Source: an uncultured delta proteobacterium
Lineage (GTDB): Bacteria; Myxococcota; Myxococcia; Myxococcales; Myxococcaceae
Length of the DNA stretch: 64,000 bases
Assembly: GCA_963796055.1 (NCBI GenBank)
Contig: CAWCKH010000004.1
Location: 704,001-768,000, forward strand
Direction: 5' to 3'
A program made the translations under genes and the position numbers. The notes under the pieces are model-generated. The model was not told the DNA's origin. It did no database searches and worked only from the letters and a program-made list of their open reading frames with translations. This document shows, in pieces, positions 7,468 to 17,939 of the stretch (positions are counted from its first letter, which is position 1; each line of letters opens with the position of its first letter).

Positions 7468-9432
7468 GTGTCAGAGACCACCAACGTCTTCCGCGCCGAA
7501 CCCGACCCGGAGTGGCGAACGCGCTGGGCGCGGCTGCTCACCACCCCGGAGCAGGCAGTTCGTGCGCTCCGGCCGGGTCGCCGGATCCTCATCGGTTCCG
7601 GGGCTGCCGAGCCCACCCGGCTAGTGCAGGCGATGGTGGACGCCGCCTGGCAGCTCTCGGACAACGAGCTGGTCCATCTGCTGACGCTCGGGCCCGCGCC
7701 ATACACCGCGGCCGCCTGCGAGGGCCGGTTCCGGCACAACGCCTTCTTCATCGGGGCCAACGTCCGGGAGGCGGTCCAGGACGGGCGCGCGGACTTCACC
7801 CCGGTGTTCCTCTCGGAGATCCCCCATCTGTTGAAGTCCAGCCGGCTGCCCGTGGACGCGGCGCTCATCCAGGTGAGCCCGCCCGATGCGCACGGGATGG
7901 TGTCGCTCGGGGTGTCGGTGGACATCGTCCGGGCGGCGGTCGACTCGGCGCGGCTCATCCTCGCCGAGGTGAACCCGCGCATGCCGCGCACCCCCGGGGA
8001 CACGCTGCTCGACATTCGCCGGTGCAAGCACATCGTCGCGGTGGATACCCCGCTCCCCGAGCGCGAGCCGGCGGTGCGGGACGGGGTGAGCCACGCCATC
8101 GGCGAGCTGGTCGCCGACCTGGTGCCGGACGCGGCCACGCTGCAGATCGGCATCGGCGAGGTCCCGGCCGCGGTGCTGTCCTCGCTGAAGAACCACCACG
8201 ACCTCGGCATCCACACCGAGATGCTCTCCGACGGGGTGATGGAGCTGGCGAAGCTCGGGGTGGTCAACGGCCTGCGCAAGACGCTCGCCCCGGGGAAGAT
8301 GGTCGCCAGCTTCCTGATGGGTACCCGGGCGCTCTACCAATGGGCGCACGAGAACCCGGACCTCGAGCTCCGGGCCAGCGACTGGGTCAACGACCCCTAC
8401 GTCATCTCCCAGAACGTCCGGATGGTGTCGATCAACACTGCGCTCGCCGTGGACCTCACCGGTCAGGTCGCGGCCGACACGCTCGACGGCGGCTTCTACT
8501 CGGGCATCGGGGGCCAGGTGGACTTCATCCGGGGCGCCTCCCGGAGCTACGGGGGCCGGGCGCTCATCGTCCTGCCCTCGCTCGCCCGGGGCGACACGGT
8601 GAGCCGCATCCACCCCATCCTTCCCGAGGGCTCGGCGGTGGTGACCAGCCGCGGCGACGTGCGCTTCGTGGTCACCGAGTACGGGGTTGCCGACCTCTGG
8701 GGCAAGTCGGTGCGCGAGCGCGCGCTGGCCCTGACCGCCATCGCCCATCCGGACCACCGGGCCGAGCTCCTCGCCGCCGCCAAGCAGCGGCGATGGGTGT
8801 TCCAGGATCAGGCGGTGCCCAGGCCGCCGCTCGACGTCCGCTGCTGGGAGGAGAAGCTCCGGGACGGCCGGGAGATCCGCGTGCGCGCCGCCCGGCTGAC
8901 CGACGAGGGGAAGGTGCAGGAGCTGCTCTACGGCCTGTCGCCGGAGTCGGTCTACTCGCGCTACCACCACCTCCGCACCCGTTACCCGCGCGACGAGATC
9001 CAGGCGCTGCTCGACGCCGACCCGCAGCGCGGCTGCGCCTTCGTCGCCGAGCTGCCGGAGGACGGCACCCTCATCGGCCTCACCCGCTACGACCTCGATC
9101 CGGTCAGCGGCATCGGCGAGCTGGGCATCGTCATCGCCGACGCCTGGCAGCGGAAGGGCGTGGGCAGCGCGCTGATGCGGCGGATGGTCGAGGTGGGCAA
9201 GGCGCACGGGCTGAAGGGCCTCAGGGCCGACGTGCTGGCGGTGAACTCGGCGATGATCGCCCTGCTCCGCGACGTGGGCGCCGACGAGGTCCCGCCCCCG
9301 GACGGCGGGGTGGTGGACGTGGAGTTCCGGTTCAAGGAGTTCCAGGCTCCAGCCGCACCCGCCGCCGCGCCGGGCCCGGCCGAGCCGGTGCCGGTCAGTG
9401 GCCGGCCGCCTCGGCCACAGCCGGTGACCTGA
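7468..9432 (+). CDS. acetyl-CoA hydrolase/transferase family protein fused to a C-terminal GNAT acetyltransferase
   Basis: LQIGIG, LGIHTEM (catalytic Glu), GIGGQVDF, VVTEYGVADL; C-terminal DAWQRKGVGSAL GNAT motif A. Confidence 0.9.
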   Translation: MSETTNVFRAEPDPEWRTRWARLLTTPEQAVRALRPGRRILIGSGAAEPTRLVQAMVDAAWQLSDNELVHLLTLGPAPYTAAACEGRFRHNAFFIGANVREAVQDGRADFTPVFLSEIPHLLKSSRLPVDAALIQVSPPDAHGMVSLGVSVDIVRAAVDSARLILAEVNPRMPRTPGDTLLDIRRCKHIVAVDTPLPEREPAVRDGVSHAIGELVADLVPDAATLQIGIGEVPAAVLSSLKNHHDLGIHTEMLSDGVMELAKLGVVNGLRKTLAPGKMVASFLMGTRALYQWAHENPDLELRASDWVNDPYVISQNVRMVSINTALAVDLTGQVAADTLDGGFYSGIGGQVDFIRGASRSYGGRALIVLPSLARGDTVSRIHPILPEGSAVVTSRGDVRFVVTEYGVADLWGKSVRERALALTAIAHPDHRAELLAAAKQRRWVFQDQAVPRPPLDVRCWEEKLRDGREIRVRAARLTDEGKVQELLYGLSPESVYSRYHHLRTRYPRDEIQALLDADPQRGCAFVAELPEDGTLIGLTRYDLDPVSGIGELGIVIADAWQRKGVGSALMRRMVEVGKAHGLKGLRADVLAVNSAMIALLRDVGADEVPPPDGGVVDVEFRFKEFQAPAAPAAAPGPAEPVPVSGRPPRPQPVT

Positions 9433-9606
9433 CCTCCGCCGGGGCAGTGGGGTGGACACCACAGGCGTCCGGCGCCCGACGCCGCCCGGGTGGGAAGCGT
9501 TGGGCAGGCGCGGCGGCGTGAATGCCGCACGTTCCGCGTGCGTTCCCGAGTGGTGATCTACCCGCCTGTTGCTGGAGGGGGTCGTCCCGCTAGCCTAGGA
9601 GGCGCC

Positions 9607-11628
9607 TTGCGTCCTCTCGTCCTGCTCGCGTTGGTCTCGGCGTCGTCGCTCGCCGCACCGTCGTTCTCCACCGAAGCCGCCGGCACGCTGGGACGCCCGG
9701 ACCTGGCGTCCTCCAGCCGCATCCACACCCTGGTGCAGCTCGATGGCAGGCGGGTGGTGGCCATCGACGCCGCGGGCTTCGCGCGGCTCTGGGACGTGGC
9801 CGACTGGCAGCAGCTCGGCGTGGCCTCGCCCGGGACGCGGGCGAACATCGGTCCCGGCGGTCTCGCGCTTCCTGGTGAGCGAGGCGGATGTCTCCTCGCG
9901 CCCCCGCTGGCGACCACGCGGGACGGGCGGCTGGTCACCGCCGAAGGGCTCGCGCTCCGGGTCTGCGACCCCACCGGGCAGCGGCCGCCGCGCGATCTCC
10001 CCGTCCCTGGGGTGGACGGGACCACGGCCCTTGCGACCGCTTCCGACGGCTCGGCAGCGTTCCGGGCGACGCCCGAGGGCGACGTGGAGCTCATCCCGTT
10101 CGAGGGTGGTCAGCTGAGCCGCTTCCACGCGCAGGACGGGCGCATCCTCACGCTGCAGCCCACCACCGACGGGCGCCTTCTCACCGCGGGGGAGGACGGC
10201 ACCGTTCGCGGCTACGACCGGCACGGCGGAAGCTTCCGGCTCGACGTGCTCCGAGGGCGCGGGCGGCCGTGCGAGGGCGAGTCGCTGCGCGCGCTCACCT
10301 TCTCCGACGACGGCACGCTGGCGCTGGTCTCGGCGGTGACCGGGGGCGAGGAGTGCGAGGAGGCGCGGACCTCCGGGGCGCTCCGGCTCATCGAGCTGCC
10401 CACCGGGCGCATCCGCTGGGAGATCCGCCCGGTACAGGTGACCGCCGCCCTGTTCGCCGCCGACGGCTCGGTGCTGGTCGCCGCCGCCGGTCAGGTGCAT
10501 GACCGGGTGGACCCGATCTCCACGACCCTGGTCCGGCTCGATGTCCGGAACGGGGCCCCCACCGCGCCACCGGCCGGGCACCGGGCCCAGGTCACCGCGC
10601 TGCGCTTCTCGTCGGACGGGGCGCGGCTCGCCTCGGGAGACGCGACCGGCGTCTGGTCGGTGTGGGACGTGGGCACGCGGGCGCAGCGGGTGTCTGCCGC
10701 GGTGCCCGGAGGTGCCCTGGTGGATCTCCGCTTCACCCCCGGCTCGGAGACGCTGGTCTCGCAGCACGAGGACGACTCGGTCCGGACCTGGCGCCTGGCC
10801 GACGGCGCGGCGGGACTGGTGCTGGTCCCGCCTCCGGCGCCCGACCCCGTGCGCTCGACGCCCGCCTGCGCCTCGGCCCAGGCACAGGTGGCGGAGCTGA
10901 TGCGCCCGGCGGCCGACAGTGTGCTCGGGGTGCGTGACCCGTCGGCCTGGACCGGGCTGCAGACGGTGCCGGAGCTGGTGCTCTCGTCCGACGGCGAGAA
11001 CGTGCTGGCGCCGGTGGCCGAGGAGTCCTGCGTGAGCCTGCTCCGCAGTGGCTGCTCAATCGGCTGCAGCCGCCACTACCATCTGGAGCGGGTGGCGGTG
11101 CGCACCGGGCGGAGGGTGCAGACCTTGCCGGTGGACCAGGAGCTGCTCGGCGGCTGTGTCCCGCCGGGTGGCGCCTTCGTCACCCGGGGCGAGCGCGGGG
11201 GCATCCAGCTCCGCGACGCCGATGGCGAGCCGCTGGCGCGGGCGGGGAGCAAGCTGGGCAAGGTGATGGCTTGCGAGGCGACGCCGGACGGCAAGCGGAT
11301 GCTGCTCGCCTCGTCGAAGCTGCTCGGGTTCTGGGAGGTGGGCCGGCCGACGATGCGCGACGCGGTGCCGCGCCGGGCGCGGACCGGTGGACCGGTGGCG
11401 CTGTCTCCGCGCGGGGACGTGAGCGTGGACGCGGACGGGCCGGAGCTGCGGCTCCGGGCGTGGCCGTCGGGCGCGGTGGCGGGGCGGCTCTCGCTCGCGC
11501 TGCAGGACGACTTCCCGACCTCGGCGACGTTCTCGCCGGATGGGCGGATGCTGGCGGTGGGGACGGCCCGCGGGGTGATTCACCTCATCCGCATCGGCGG
11601 CCCGATGGTCACCGCCCGCCGCCCGTAG
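9607..11628 (+). CDS. secreted WD40-repeat beta-propeller protein
   Basis: TTG start after AGGAGG; signal-like N-terminus; GHRAQVTALRFSSDGARLASG..VWD, LLTAGEDGTVR, FSPDGRMLAVG. Confidence 0.8.
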   Translation: MRPLVLLALVSASSLAAPSFSTEAAGTLGRPDLASSSRIHTLVQLDGRRVVAIDAAGFARLWDVADWQQLGVASPGTRANIGPGGLALPGERGGCLLAPPLATTRDGRLVTAEGLALRVCDPTGQRPPRDLPVPGVDGTTALATASDGSAAFRATPEGDVELIPFEGGQLSRFHAQDGRILTLQPTTDGRLLTAGEDGTVRGYDRHGGSFRLDVLRGRGRPCEGESLRALTFSDDGTLALVSAVTGGEECEEARTSGALRLIELPTGRIRWEIRPVQVTAALFAADGSVLVAAAGQVHDRVDPISTTLVRLDVRNGAPTAPPAGHRAQVTALRFSSDGARLASGDATGVWSVWDVGTRAQRVSAAVPGGALVDLRFTPGSETLVSQHEDDSVRTWRLADGAAGLVLVPPPAPDPVRSTPACASAQAQVAELMRPAADSVLGVRDPSAWTGLQTVPELVLSSDGENVLAPVAEESCVSLLRSGCSIGCSRHYHLERVAVRTGRRVQTLPVDQELLGGCVPPGGAFVTRGERGGIQLRDADGEPLARAGSKLGKVMACEATPDGKRMLLASSKLLGFWEVGRPTMRDAVPRRARTGGPVALSPRGDVSVDADGPELRLRAWPSGAVAGRLSLALQDDFPTSATFSPDGRMLAVGTARGVIHLIRIGGPMVTARRP

Positions 11629-11637
11629 ACCGCTCCG

Positions 11638-12126
11638 GTGAGGGCAGTGGGCTCGCTCTCCCCGTCACGCGACCGGGTCCGCCGCAGCGTGCTCCGGATT
11701 CTGGGAGAGAACGTCCTCTGCGCGGTCTCGACCGTGGGCGCCGGCGGCCGGGCCCACGTCCACATCTGCTATTTCGCCTTCTCCACCGACCTGCGGCTGT
11801 TCTTCATCTCCGATCCTCGATCGCGGCACGCGGCCAATCTTCGCCTTCGCCGTTCGGCGGCGGTCGCCGTCTTCTCCTCGACGCAGACCTGGGGCGGACC
11901 GGACCGGGGCGTACAGCTCTTCGGGACCTGTACCCGGGTTTCGCCGCCCGCCACCAAAGCGGGGTGGCGGGTCTATCAGGAGCGCTTCCCGGACTCGGCG
12001 ACGCACCGTTCGGCCCGGAGGCTCGCGCTCTACCAGTTCCGGACGCGCCGGCTGGCGCTGCTGGACGAGCGGGAATTCGGGGACGGGGTGCTGGTCCAGC
12101 TCTCCGCGGAAGGCCTGCGGGGGTGA
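11638..12126 (+). CDS. pyridoxamine 5'-phosphate oxidase-like (YhbP-type) flavin-binding protein
   Basis: LCAVSTV..AH..CYFAF..LFFISDPRSRHAANL..GVQLFG split-barrel pattern; start codon uncertain. Confidence 0.7.
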   Translation: MRAVGSLSPSRDRVRRSVLRILGENVLCAVSTVGAGGRAHVHICYFAFSTDLRLFFISDPRSRHAANLRLRRSAAVAVFSSTQTWGGPDRGVQLFGTCTRVSPPATKAGWRVYQERFPDSATHRSARRLALYQFRTRRLALLDEREFGDGVLVQLSAEGLRG

Positions 12127-12127
12127 A

Positions 12128-13963
12128 TCACTCCACCGTCACGCTCTTCGCCAGATTCCGCGGCTGGTCCACGTCCGTCCCCCGCAGGTCGGCCACGTGG
12201 TACGCGAGCAGCTGCAGTGGCACCGCGGTGACGATCGGCCCGAGCAGCGCCGAGCTCGCCGGAAGTCGGATGACGTCGTCGGCGAGCGAGGCCACGGCGG
12301 TGTCGTCCTCGTCCACCACCGCGATGACCTTTCCGCCGCGCGCCCGGACCTCCTCCACGTTACCCACGATCTTCTCGTAGGGCACGCGCGGCTCACGCGG
12401 GGCGAGCACCACCACCGGCATCTTCTCGTCGATGAGCGCGATGGGACCGTGCTTCATCTCGCCCCCGGCGTAACCTTCGGCGTGGATGTACGAGATCTCC
12501 TTCAGCTTCAGCGCGCCCTCCAGCGCCACCGGGTACATCGGCCCGCGGCCGAGGAAGAGGAAATCCTGCGCGGCCTGGTACGTCCGGGCGATGTGCTTGA
12601 CCGCGCCCTCGCAATGGAGCGCCTCCTCCACGCGCTTGGGGATCTCGGTGAGGTGGGTGAGCAGCTCCTGCGCCGGTCCCACGTCCAGCGTCCCCCGGAG
12701 CCGCCCCAGCTTCACCGCCAAGAGATAGAGCGCCGCGAGCTGGGTGGTGAACGCCTTGGTCGAGGCGACACCGATCTCCGGACCGGCGTTGGTCAACACC
12801 GTGAGATCCGCCTCACGGGTCATCGCGCTGCCCACCACGTTGCACAGCGCGACCGTCCGCGCGCCCCGGGCCTTCGCCTCGCGGAGCGCGCACAGCGTGT
12901 CCAGCGTCTCGCCCGACTGGCTGATCGCCACGGCCAGCTGCCCTGGGTCGATGAGCGGGTCGCGATAGCGAAACTCCGAGGCCAGCTCCACGTCCACCGG
13001 GATGCGGGCCAGCGACTCGATCATCGCCCGGCCGGCCAGCCCGGAGTGCCAGGACGTGCCGCAGGCCAGCAAGGTGATCCGGGACAGCGCCTTCACGTCC
13101 TCCGGCCCCAGCGTCCAGCCCTCGAAGAAGACGTCGCCCTCGGAGAGGAGCACCCGGCCGCGCAGCGTGTCCGCCAGCGCCCGCGGCTGCTCCCAGATCT
13201 CCTTGTGCATGAAGTGCTTGTGGCCGCCCTTCTCCGCCATCATCGGCGTCCAGTCGATGCGGCGGGTCGGCCGGTTCACCGCCCGGCCCTCGCGGTCGAA
13301 CACGTCGACCCGGGTGCGGCTCAGCACCGCCAGGTCTCCCTCCTCGAGGAACACCATGTCCCGGGTGTGCTCGAGCAGCGCCGGCACGTCGCTGGCCACG
13401 AAGTTCTGGCCCTCGGACAGGCCCACCACCATCGGCGAGCTGTCCTTGGTGGCGACGATCCTTTCCGGATCCCTGGCCCACACCACCGCCAGCCCGTAGG
13501 TGCCCTTCACCTGCCCCACGGCCCCGCGGACCGCCTCGGGCAGGTCCTTGCCCTCGCGGAGCTGGGCGGCGATGAGGTGCGCGAACACCTCGGTGTCGGT
13601 CTCGCTGGCGAAGACATGGCCCCGTGCGCGGAGCATCGCCTTCAGCTCGAGGTGGTTCTCGATGATGCCGTTGTGCACCACCGCCACCCCGTCATAGGTG
13701 TGCGGGTGCGCGTTCTCGTCGGTGGGACGCCCGTGGGTCGCCCAGCGCGTGTGGCCGATGCCCAGCGTCCCCGAGGGAGGCTCGGCCCCGATCCGCAGCT
13801 CGAGGTTCTTCAGCTTCCCGGTGGCCCGGACCACGGTCAGCTTCCCGCCGTTCACCACCGCCAGACCCGCCGAGTCGTACCCGCGATACTCGAGCTTCTT
13901 CAGGCCGGAGACCAGGATGGGCGCGGACTGCTGCTCCCCGATGTAGCCGACGATGCCGCACAT
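12128..13963 (-). CDS. glmS: glutamine--fructose-6-phosphate transaminase (isomerizing)
   Basis: MCGIVG N-terminus, GHTRWATHG, ISQSGET, C-terminal PRNLAKSVTVE. Confidence 0.98.
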   Translation of the reverse strand: MCGIVGYIGEQQSAPILVSGLKKLEYRGYDSAGLAVVNGGKLTVVRATGKLKNLELRIGAEPPSGTLGIGHTRWATHGRPTDENAHPHTYDGVAVVHNGIIENHLELKAMLRARGHVFASETDTEVFAHLIAAQLREGKDLPEAVRGAVGQVKGTYGLAVVWARDPERIVATKDSSPMVVGLSEGQNFVASDVPALLEHTRDMVFLEEGDLAVLSRTRVDVFDREGRAVNRPTRRIDWTPMMAEKGGHKHFMHKEIWEQPRALADTLRGRVLLSEGDVFFEGWTLGPEDVKALSRITLLACGTSWHSGLAGRAMIESLARIPVDVELASEFRYRDPLIDPGQLAVAISQSGETLDTLCALREAKARGARTVALCNVVGSAMTREADLTVLTNAGPEIGVASTKAFTTQLAALYLLAVKLGRLRGTLDVGPAQELLTHLTEIPKRVEEALHCEGAVKHIARTYQAAQDFLFLGRGPMYPVALEGALKLKEISYIHAEGYAGGEMKHGPIALIDEKMPVVVLAPREPRVPYEKIVGNVEEVRARGGKVIAVVDEDDTAVASLADDVIRLPASSALLGPIVTAVPLQLLAYHVADLRGTDVDQPRNLAKSVTVE

Positions 13964-14070
13964 GTGTTCGTTCGTTCCTCCGGCCCGTCAGCGTGTCGCC
14001 CGGTCCCCCTGGAGAGCGGAAGCTGGGCCCGGGAGCCGCGGCCGACAAGCCTCCCGCACGGCCCCGGACA

Positions 14071-15468
14071 CTAGCGCCGTCCGGGCGACTTGGCGCGACG
14101 GCGGCTCGGCCAGCCCTCCTTCACGATTCGAGGAGCACGGGAGATGACCAGGGTGTCAGGCGGGACATCCTCGGTGACGGTGGTGCCGGCGCCGACGTAG
14201 CTCCCTTCGCCCACTTTCACCGGCGCGACCAGCTGGCTGTCCGACCCGATGAACACGCCATCACCGATCTCGGTGAGGTGCTTGGCGAACCCGTCGTAGT
14301 TGCAGGTGATCGTCCCGGCGCCGACGTTCACCTTCGCCCCGATGACGCTGTCCCCGAGGTAGCAGTGGTGGTGCGCCTTGGTGCCCGGTCCGATGCGGAC
14401 CTTCTTGGTCTCGGCGAAGTTCCCCAGCTCGACCGCCTCGGCCAGCTCGGTGCCCGGCCGCATCCGGGCGAAGGGACCGATGAGGCAACGCGCGCCGATC
14501 TTCGAGTCGGTCGCCACCGAGTACGGAAGGACGGTCGTGGCGTCGCCCACCTCGGTCGAGGTGAACACCGAGCCTTGCCCCAGCGTCACCCCACGCCCGA
14601 TGCGCGTCTTGCCGCGGAGCGAGACGTTCGGCTCGATGACCGTGTCCGGTCCGATGGTCACCTCCGGCTCGATGGTGACCGAGTCCGGGTCGTCGATGGT
14701 GACCCCGGCGCGCATGTGCTCGAGGTTGACGCGCTGGCGGAGCACGCGTGCGCAGGCGGCGAGGTCGGCCCGGTCGTTGACTCCGGCGGTGTCCTCGAAG
14801 TCCGCGCTGACCGAGCCCACCTCGCCCCGCTGGGCGGCGAGCGCGACCAGGTCGGTCAGGTAGTACTCGCCCTGGGCGTTCGCCGGCCTCAGCTGCGCCA
14901 GGCCCTCGCGGAGGAACGCGGCGTCGATGGCGTACACGCCCGCGTTCACCTCGCGGATGGACTGCTGGTCCGCAGTGCAGTCCTTCTCCTCGACGATGCC
15001 GCTGATGCGTCCGGAGACGCGAAGCACGCGGCCGTAGCCGTTCGGGTCGGGGGCCACCGTGCTCACCAGCGCCAGCGGCGCGGTCCCCCGGCGGAAGGCG
15101 TCGACCAGCGCGCGGAGCGTTGATTCCCGGAGCAGCGGCGTGTCGCCGTAGAGGACGAGCACCGGCCCGCTGACGCCGTCGAGGACGCCGAGCGCCGTCC
15201 GGACCGCATCGGCGGTTCCCCGCTGGTCGAGCTGGGTGGCGAACCGGAGCGGCTGGCCCGGAAAGCGCATCTCGAGGGTGGTGCGCACCTGCTCCCCCTG
15301 GTGACCCACCACGGCCACCACCGGATTGCAGCCGAGCGCCAGTGCGCGGCCCACTGGCCACGCGGCCAGTGGTTGGCCGAGGACGGGGTGCAGCACCTTC
15401 GCCGTCTCGGACTTCATGCGGGTCCCCTTCCCCGCGCACAGCACCACCGCCGCCAGGTGTTCGCTCAT
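14071..15468 (-). CDS. glmU: bifunctional UDP-GlcNAc pyrophosphorylase / glucosamine-1-phosphate N-acetyltransferase
   Basis: [19 protein letters not shown], hexapeptide repeats, [11 protein letters not shown]; directly upstream of glmS. Confidence 0.97.
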   Translation of the reverse strand: MSEHLAAVVLCAGKGTRMKSETAKVLHPVLGQPLAAWPVGRALALGCNPVVAVVGHQGEQVRTTLEMRFPGQPLRFATQLDQRGTADAVRTALGVLDGVSGPVLVLYGDTPLLRESTLRALVDAFRRGTAPLALVSTVAPDPNGYGRVLRVSGRISGIVEEKDCTADQQSIREVNAGVYAIDAAFLREGLAQLRPANAQGEYYLTDLVALAAQRGEVGSVSADFEDTAGVNDRADLAACARVLRQRVNLEHMRAGVTIDDPDSVTIEPEVTIGPDTVIEPNVSLRGKTRIGRGVTLGQGSVFTSTEVGDATTVLPYSVATDSKIGARCLIGPFARMRPGTELAEAVELGNFAETKKVRIGPGTKAHHHCYLGDSVIGAKVNVGAGTITCNYDGFAKHLTEIGDGVFIGSDSQLVAPVKVGEGSYVGAGTTVTEDVPPDTLVISRAPRIVKEGWPSRRRAKSPGRR

Positions 15469-15524
15469 CGTGGCCAGGCAGATTGCAAGGCGGCTGCCGC
15501 GGGCGTCAAACGCCGCGTGCCTCC

Positions 15525-15638
15525 TCACAGCGTGAGGAAGACGTTCAGCTTGACCAGGAACACGTCCTCCCCTGGCTCCACCAGCGCGCGGCGGAGCTGA
15601 GGCGGCGGCTGCCGTCCCCGCACCCTGGCACGCCTCAC
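15525..15638 (-). pseudogene. 37-aa ORF resembling the C-terminal strand of an outer-membrane protein (probable gene remnant)
   Basis: [22 protein letters not shown] with GC3-rich codons; GTG overlaps the upstream stop. Confidence 0.35.
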
Positions 15639-15967
15639 CGCGGGGCCCGGGCGCCGCGGACCAGGAGGCGCGCGGCACGGAACGCCTGAAGCGCCTCGGG
15701 GTCTCGCCGGGCATCGCGGAGCAGCCGCGCGCGCTGGCGGAGCACGCAGGCCAGCGGCACCTTGAGCTCGCGCGGGAGTCCGGCCAGCGGCGCCTCACCG
15801 AAGAGGCACAGTGCCCCGGCGTCCATCCCGGTGAGCCGCCCGGTGATGGCGTCGATCTGCTTTAGCGCCTCGTCGCGACGTCCCTCCCGCCGCAGGCGCA
15901 GCACCGCCGCCAGCAACTCGGCCAGCTGGCGCACCAGGCGCATGATCACGTCGCGTTCGGTCAGCAT
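15635..15967 (-). CDS. hypothetical helical protein (DUF6483-like)
   Basis: [29 protein letters not shown]-terminal pattern; divergent from the mod locus. Confidence 0.65.
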   Translation of the reverse strand: MLTERDVIMRLVRQLAELLAAVLRLRREGRRDEALKQIDAITGRLTGMDAGALCLFGEAPLAGLPRELKVPLACVLRQRARLLRDARRDPEALQAFRAARLLVRGARAPR

Positions 15968-16030
15968 CCGCGCCAGCAGGATGCAGCAAGTCGTGGGTGG
16001 GTGGGGAGTCCCTGGTACCGAGGTGGTACC

Positions 16031-16072
16031 GAGGTGTTTGACACCTCGAAAGTCAAGTGGACTTGACACGGG
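16031..16072. promoter_or_regulatory. palindromic operator/promoter element, copy 1
   Basis: GAGGTGTTTGACACCTCGAAAGTCAAGTGGACTTGACACGGG; two inverted repeats and two TTGACA hexamers; 40/42 identical to 18629-18670. Confidence 0.75.
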
Positions 16073-16098
16073 CTTCCCCCGGGGTCGAGTCTCGGTCG

Positions 16099-17133
16099 AT
16101 GGCTGCGCGCGTCCCGAGCGCACTGCGTGAACGGCGGATGCTGCATGGCTGGTCGCAGGACCAGCTGGCCCGGGCGGCAGGAGTGAGCCGTCAGGCGCTC
16201 AACGCGCTCGAGCGTGGACACGCCCAGCCGTCGGTCGAGACCGCGCTGGCGCTCGCCACGCTTCTCGGGACCAGCGTCGAGCAGCTCTTCGGCCGGGGCC
16301 GCGAGGCGCCGGTCCCCCTCCCTGCTCGGGCGGGCCCGCCCGGGACCCGGTTGCTCCTGGCCGAGGTGGCAGGCCGGGTGCAATGCCATGCCCTGGACCC
16401 CAGCTCGGGCGAGCCCGCCGATGCGCTGGTCGAGGACGCGCGCCTCCCGCCAGCACTGCTCGAGCCGGAGCGCTGGCGACGCACGCTCCTGGTCGCCGGA
16501 TGCGACCCGGCGCTCCGGATGCTCGCGGTGCGCTCTGGCAACGCGCGCTGGCTGAGCGTCGGGACCGGTCGGGCGGTGGACCTGCTCGTTCACCGTCGGG
16601 TGCACGTCGTGGGCGTCCACTCCCTTACCGAGCGCGACCGGCGACGGGTCCGCGGCACCCTGCTGGTCCACCTCGCCACCTGGCCTCTCGGACTTGCCCT
16701 GCGCCGCGGGAATCCCCGCGGCATCCGCGGCATCGTCGATCTCGGTCGCCCCGACGTCCGGCTTGTCAACCGGGAGCGCGGCGCCTCGGCCCGGGTGCTC
16801 CTCGACCGGCTCCTCGCCGACGTGGGGCTCTCGCCCGCGGCGGTACGCGGGTACGCGGACGAGGTCCAGGGACACGAGGCGGTCGCCCAGGCGGTGGCGC
16901 TCGGGGCAGCGGACGTCGGGCTCACCACGCAGGCGGCAGCCGCCGCGCACGGGCTGGAGCTCCGGCAGCTCTCCGAGGAGAGCTTCAACCTCGTCGTGAG
17001 ACCCGACGAGCTGGCCCGGCCCGGGGTGCAGGGCCTTCTGGTCACCGCTCGCACCCCGGGATTCCGTCGTGACGTGGGGGCCCTGCCGGGGTACGGGACC
17101 GCTCGCTCCGGGCAGCCGGTGGGCCTGACGTGA
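16099..17133 (+). CDS. XRE-family HTH regulator fused to a molybdate-binding PBP-like domain
   Basis: [64 protein letters not shown]; first gene of the mod operon. Confidence 0.85.
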   Translation: MAARVPSALRERRMLHGWSQDQLARAAGVSRQALNALERGHAQPSVETALALATLLGTSVEQLFGRGREAPVPLPARAGPPGTRLLLAEVAGRVQCHALDPSSGEPADALVEDARLPPALLEPERWRRTLLVAGCDPALRMLAVRSGNARWLSVGTGRAVDLLVHRRVHVVGVHSLTERDRRRVRGTLLVHLATWPLGLALRRGNPRGIRGIVDLGRPDVRLVNRERGASARVLLDRLLADVGLSPAAVRGYADEVQGHEAVAQAVALGAADVGLTTQAAAAAHGLELRQLSEESFNLVVRPDELARPGVQGLLVTARTPGFRRDVGALPGYGTARSGQPVGLT

Positions 17134-17939
17134 GTGGGCGTGGAGGGACCAGCCTGCTCCGGATGGTCCCAGCAACGGCAGCACTGCTGATGGTCGGGGT
17201 GCTGGCCATCCCGCTGCTGGCGCTGCTGCTCTCCACCGCCCCGGGTGAGCTCCTGGATGGGCTCCGGCACCCGCTCGCGCTCTCCGCGCTCCGGCTCAGC
17301 CTCTTCACCACGTCGGTGAGCCTCGGGCTGACGCTTCTCCTCGGAACGCCACTGGCCTGGTGGATGGCGCGACACCCCGGCCCTGTCGAGCGCGCCGCCT
17401 CCATCGTGGTGCAGCTCCCCATCGTCGTGCCACCCGCGGTGTCGGGCCTGGCCCTGCTGCTGGCGTTCGGCCGCCGGGGCCTCCTCGGGCCACTCCTGGA
17501 CCGCGCGGGCTGGGCGCTGCCCTTCACCACCGCGGCCGTGGTGCTGGCCGAGCTCTTCGTCTCGGCGCCGTTCTACGTCCAGTCGGCGGCGGCGGCGTTC
17601 AGGCGGCTTGACGAGGACCTCCTGTGGGCGGCCCGGAGCCTCGGGGCTGGTCCGGCGCGCCGCTTCTTCCAGGTGGCGCTCCCGCTCAGCCGACCGGGCG
17701 TGGTCACCGGCGCGGCCCTGAGCTGGGCCCGCGCCCTGGGTGAGTTCGGGGCGACCCTGATGTTCGCCGGCAACCTCCAGGGCCGCACCCAGACCCTGCC
17801 GCTGGCGATCTACACCGCGCTGGAGACCGACCTCCGACCGGCCAAGGCGCTCAGCGTGGTGATGGTGATGGTGGCGCTCGCGGTGCTGGGGGTGCTCGGC
17901 CGGGGCACGGTGCTCGAGGCGGTCCGTGCTCGACCTTGA
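17130..17939 (+). CDS. modB: molybdate ABC transporter permease
   Basis: [14 protein letters not shown]-like loop [24 protein letters not shown]. Confidence 0.92.
   Translation: MSGRGGTSLLRMVPATAALLMVGVLAIPLLALLLSTAPGELLDGLRHPLALSALRLSLFTTSVSLGLTLLLGTPLAWWMARHPGPVERAASIVVQLPIVVPPAVSGLALLLAFGRRGLLGPLLDRAGWALPFTTAAVVLAELFVSAPFYVQSAAAAFRRLDEDLLWAARSLGAGPARRFFQVALPLSRPGVVTGAALSWARALGEFGATLMFAGNLQGRTQTLPLAIYTALETDLRPAKALSVVMVMVALAVLGVLGRGTVLEAVRARP

Noticed and set aside
13964..14070. glmS ribozyme
   Set aside because: The conserved core (AGCGCC near the cleavage site and GACGAGG) is not present in the short spacer.
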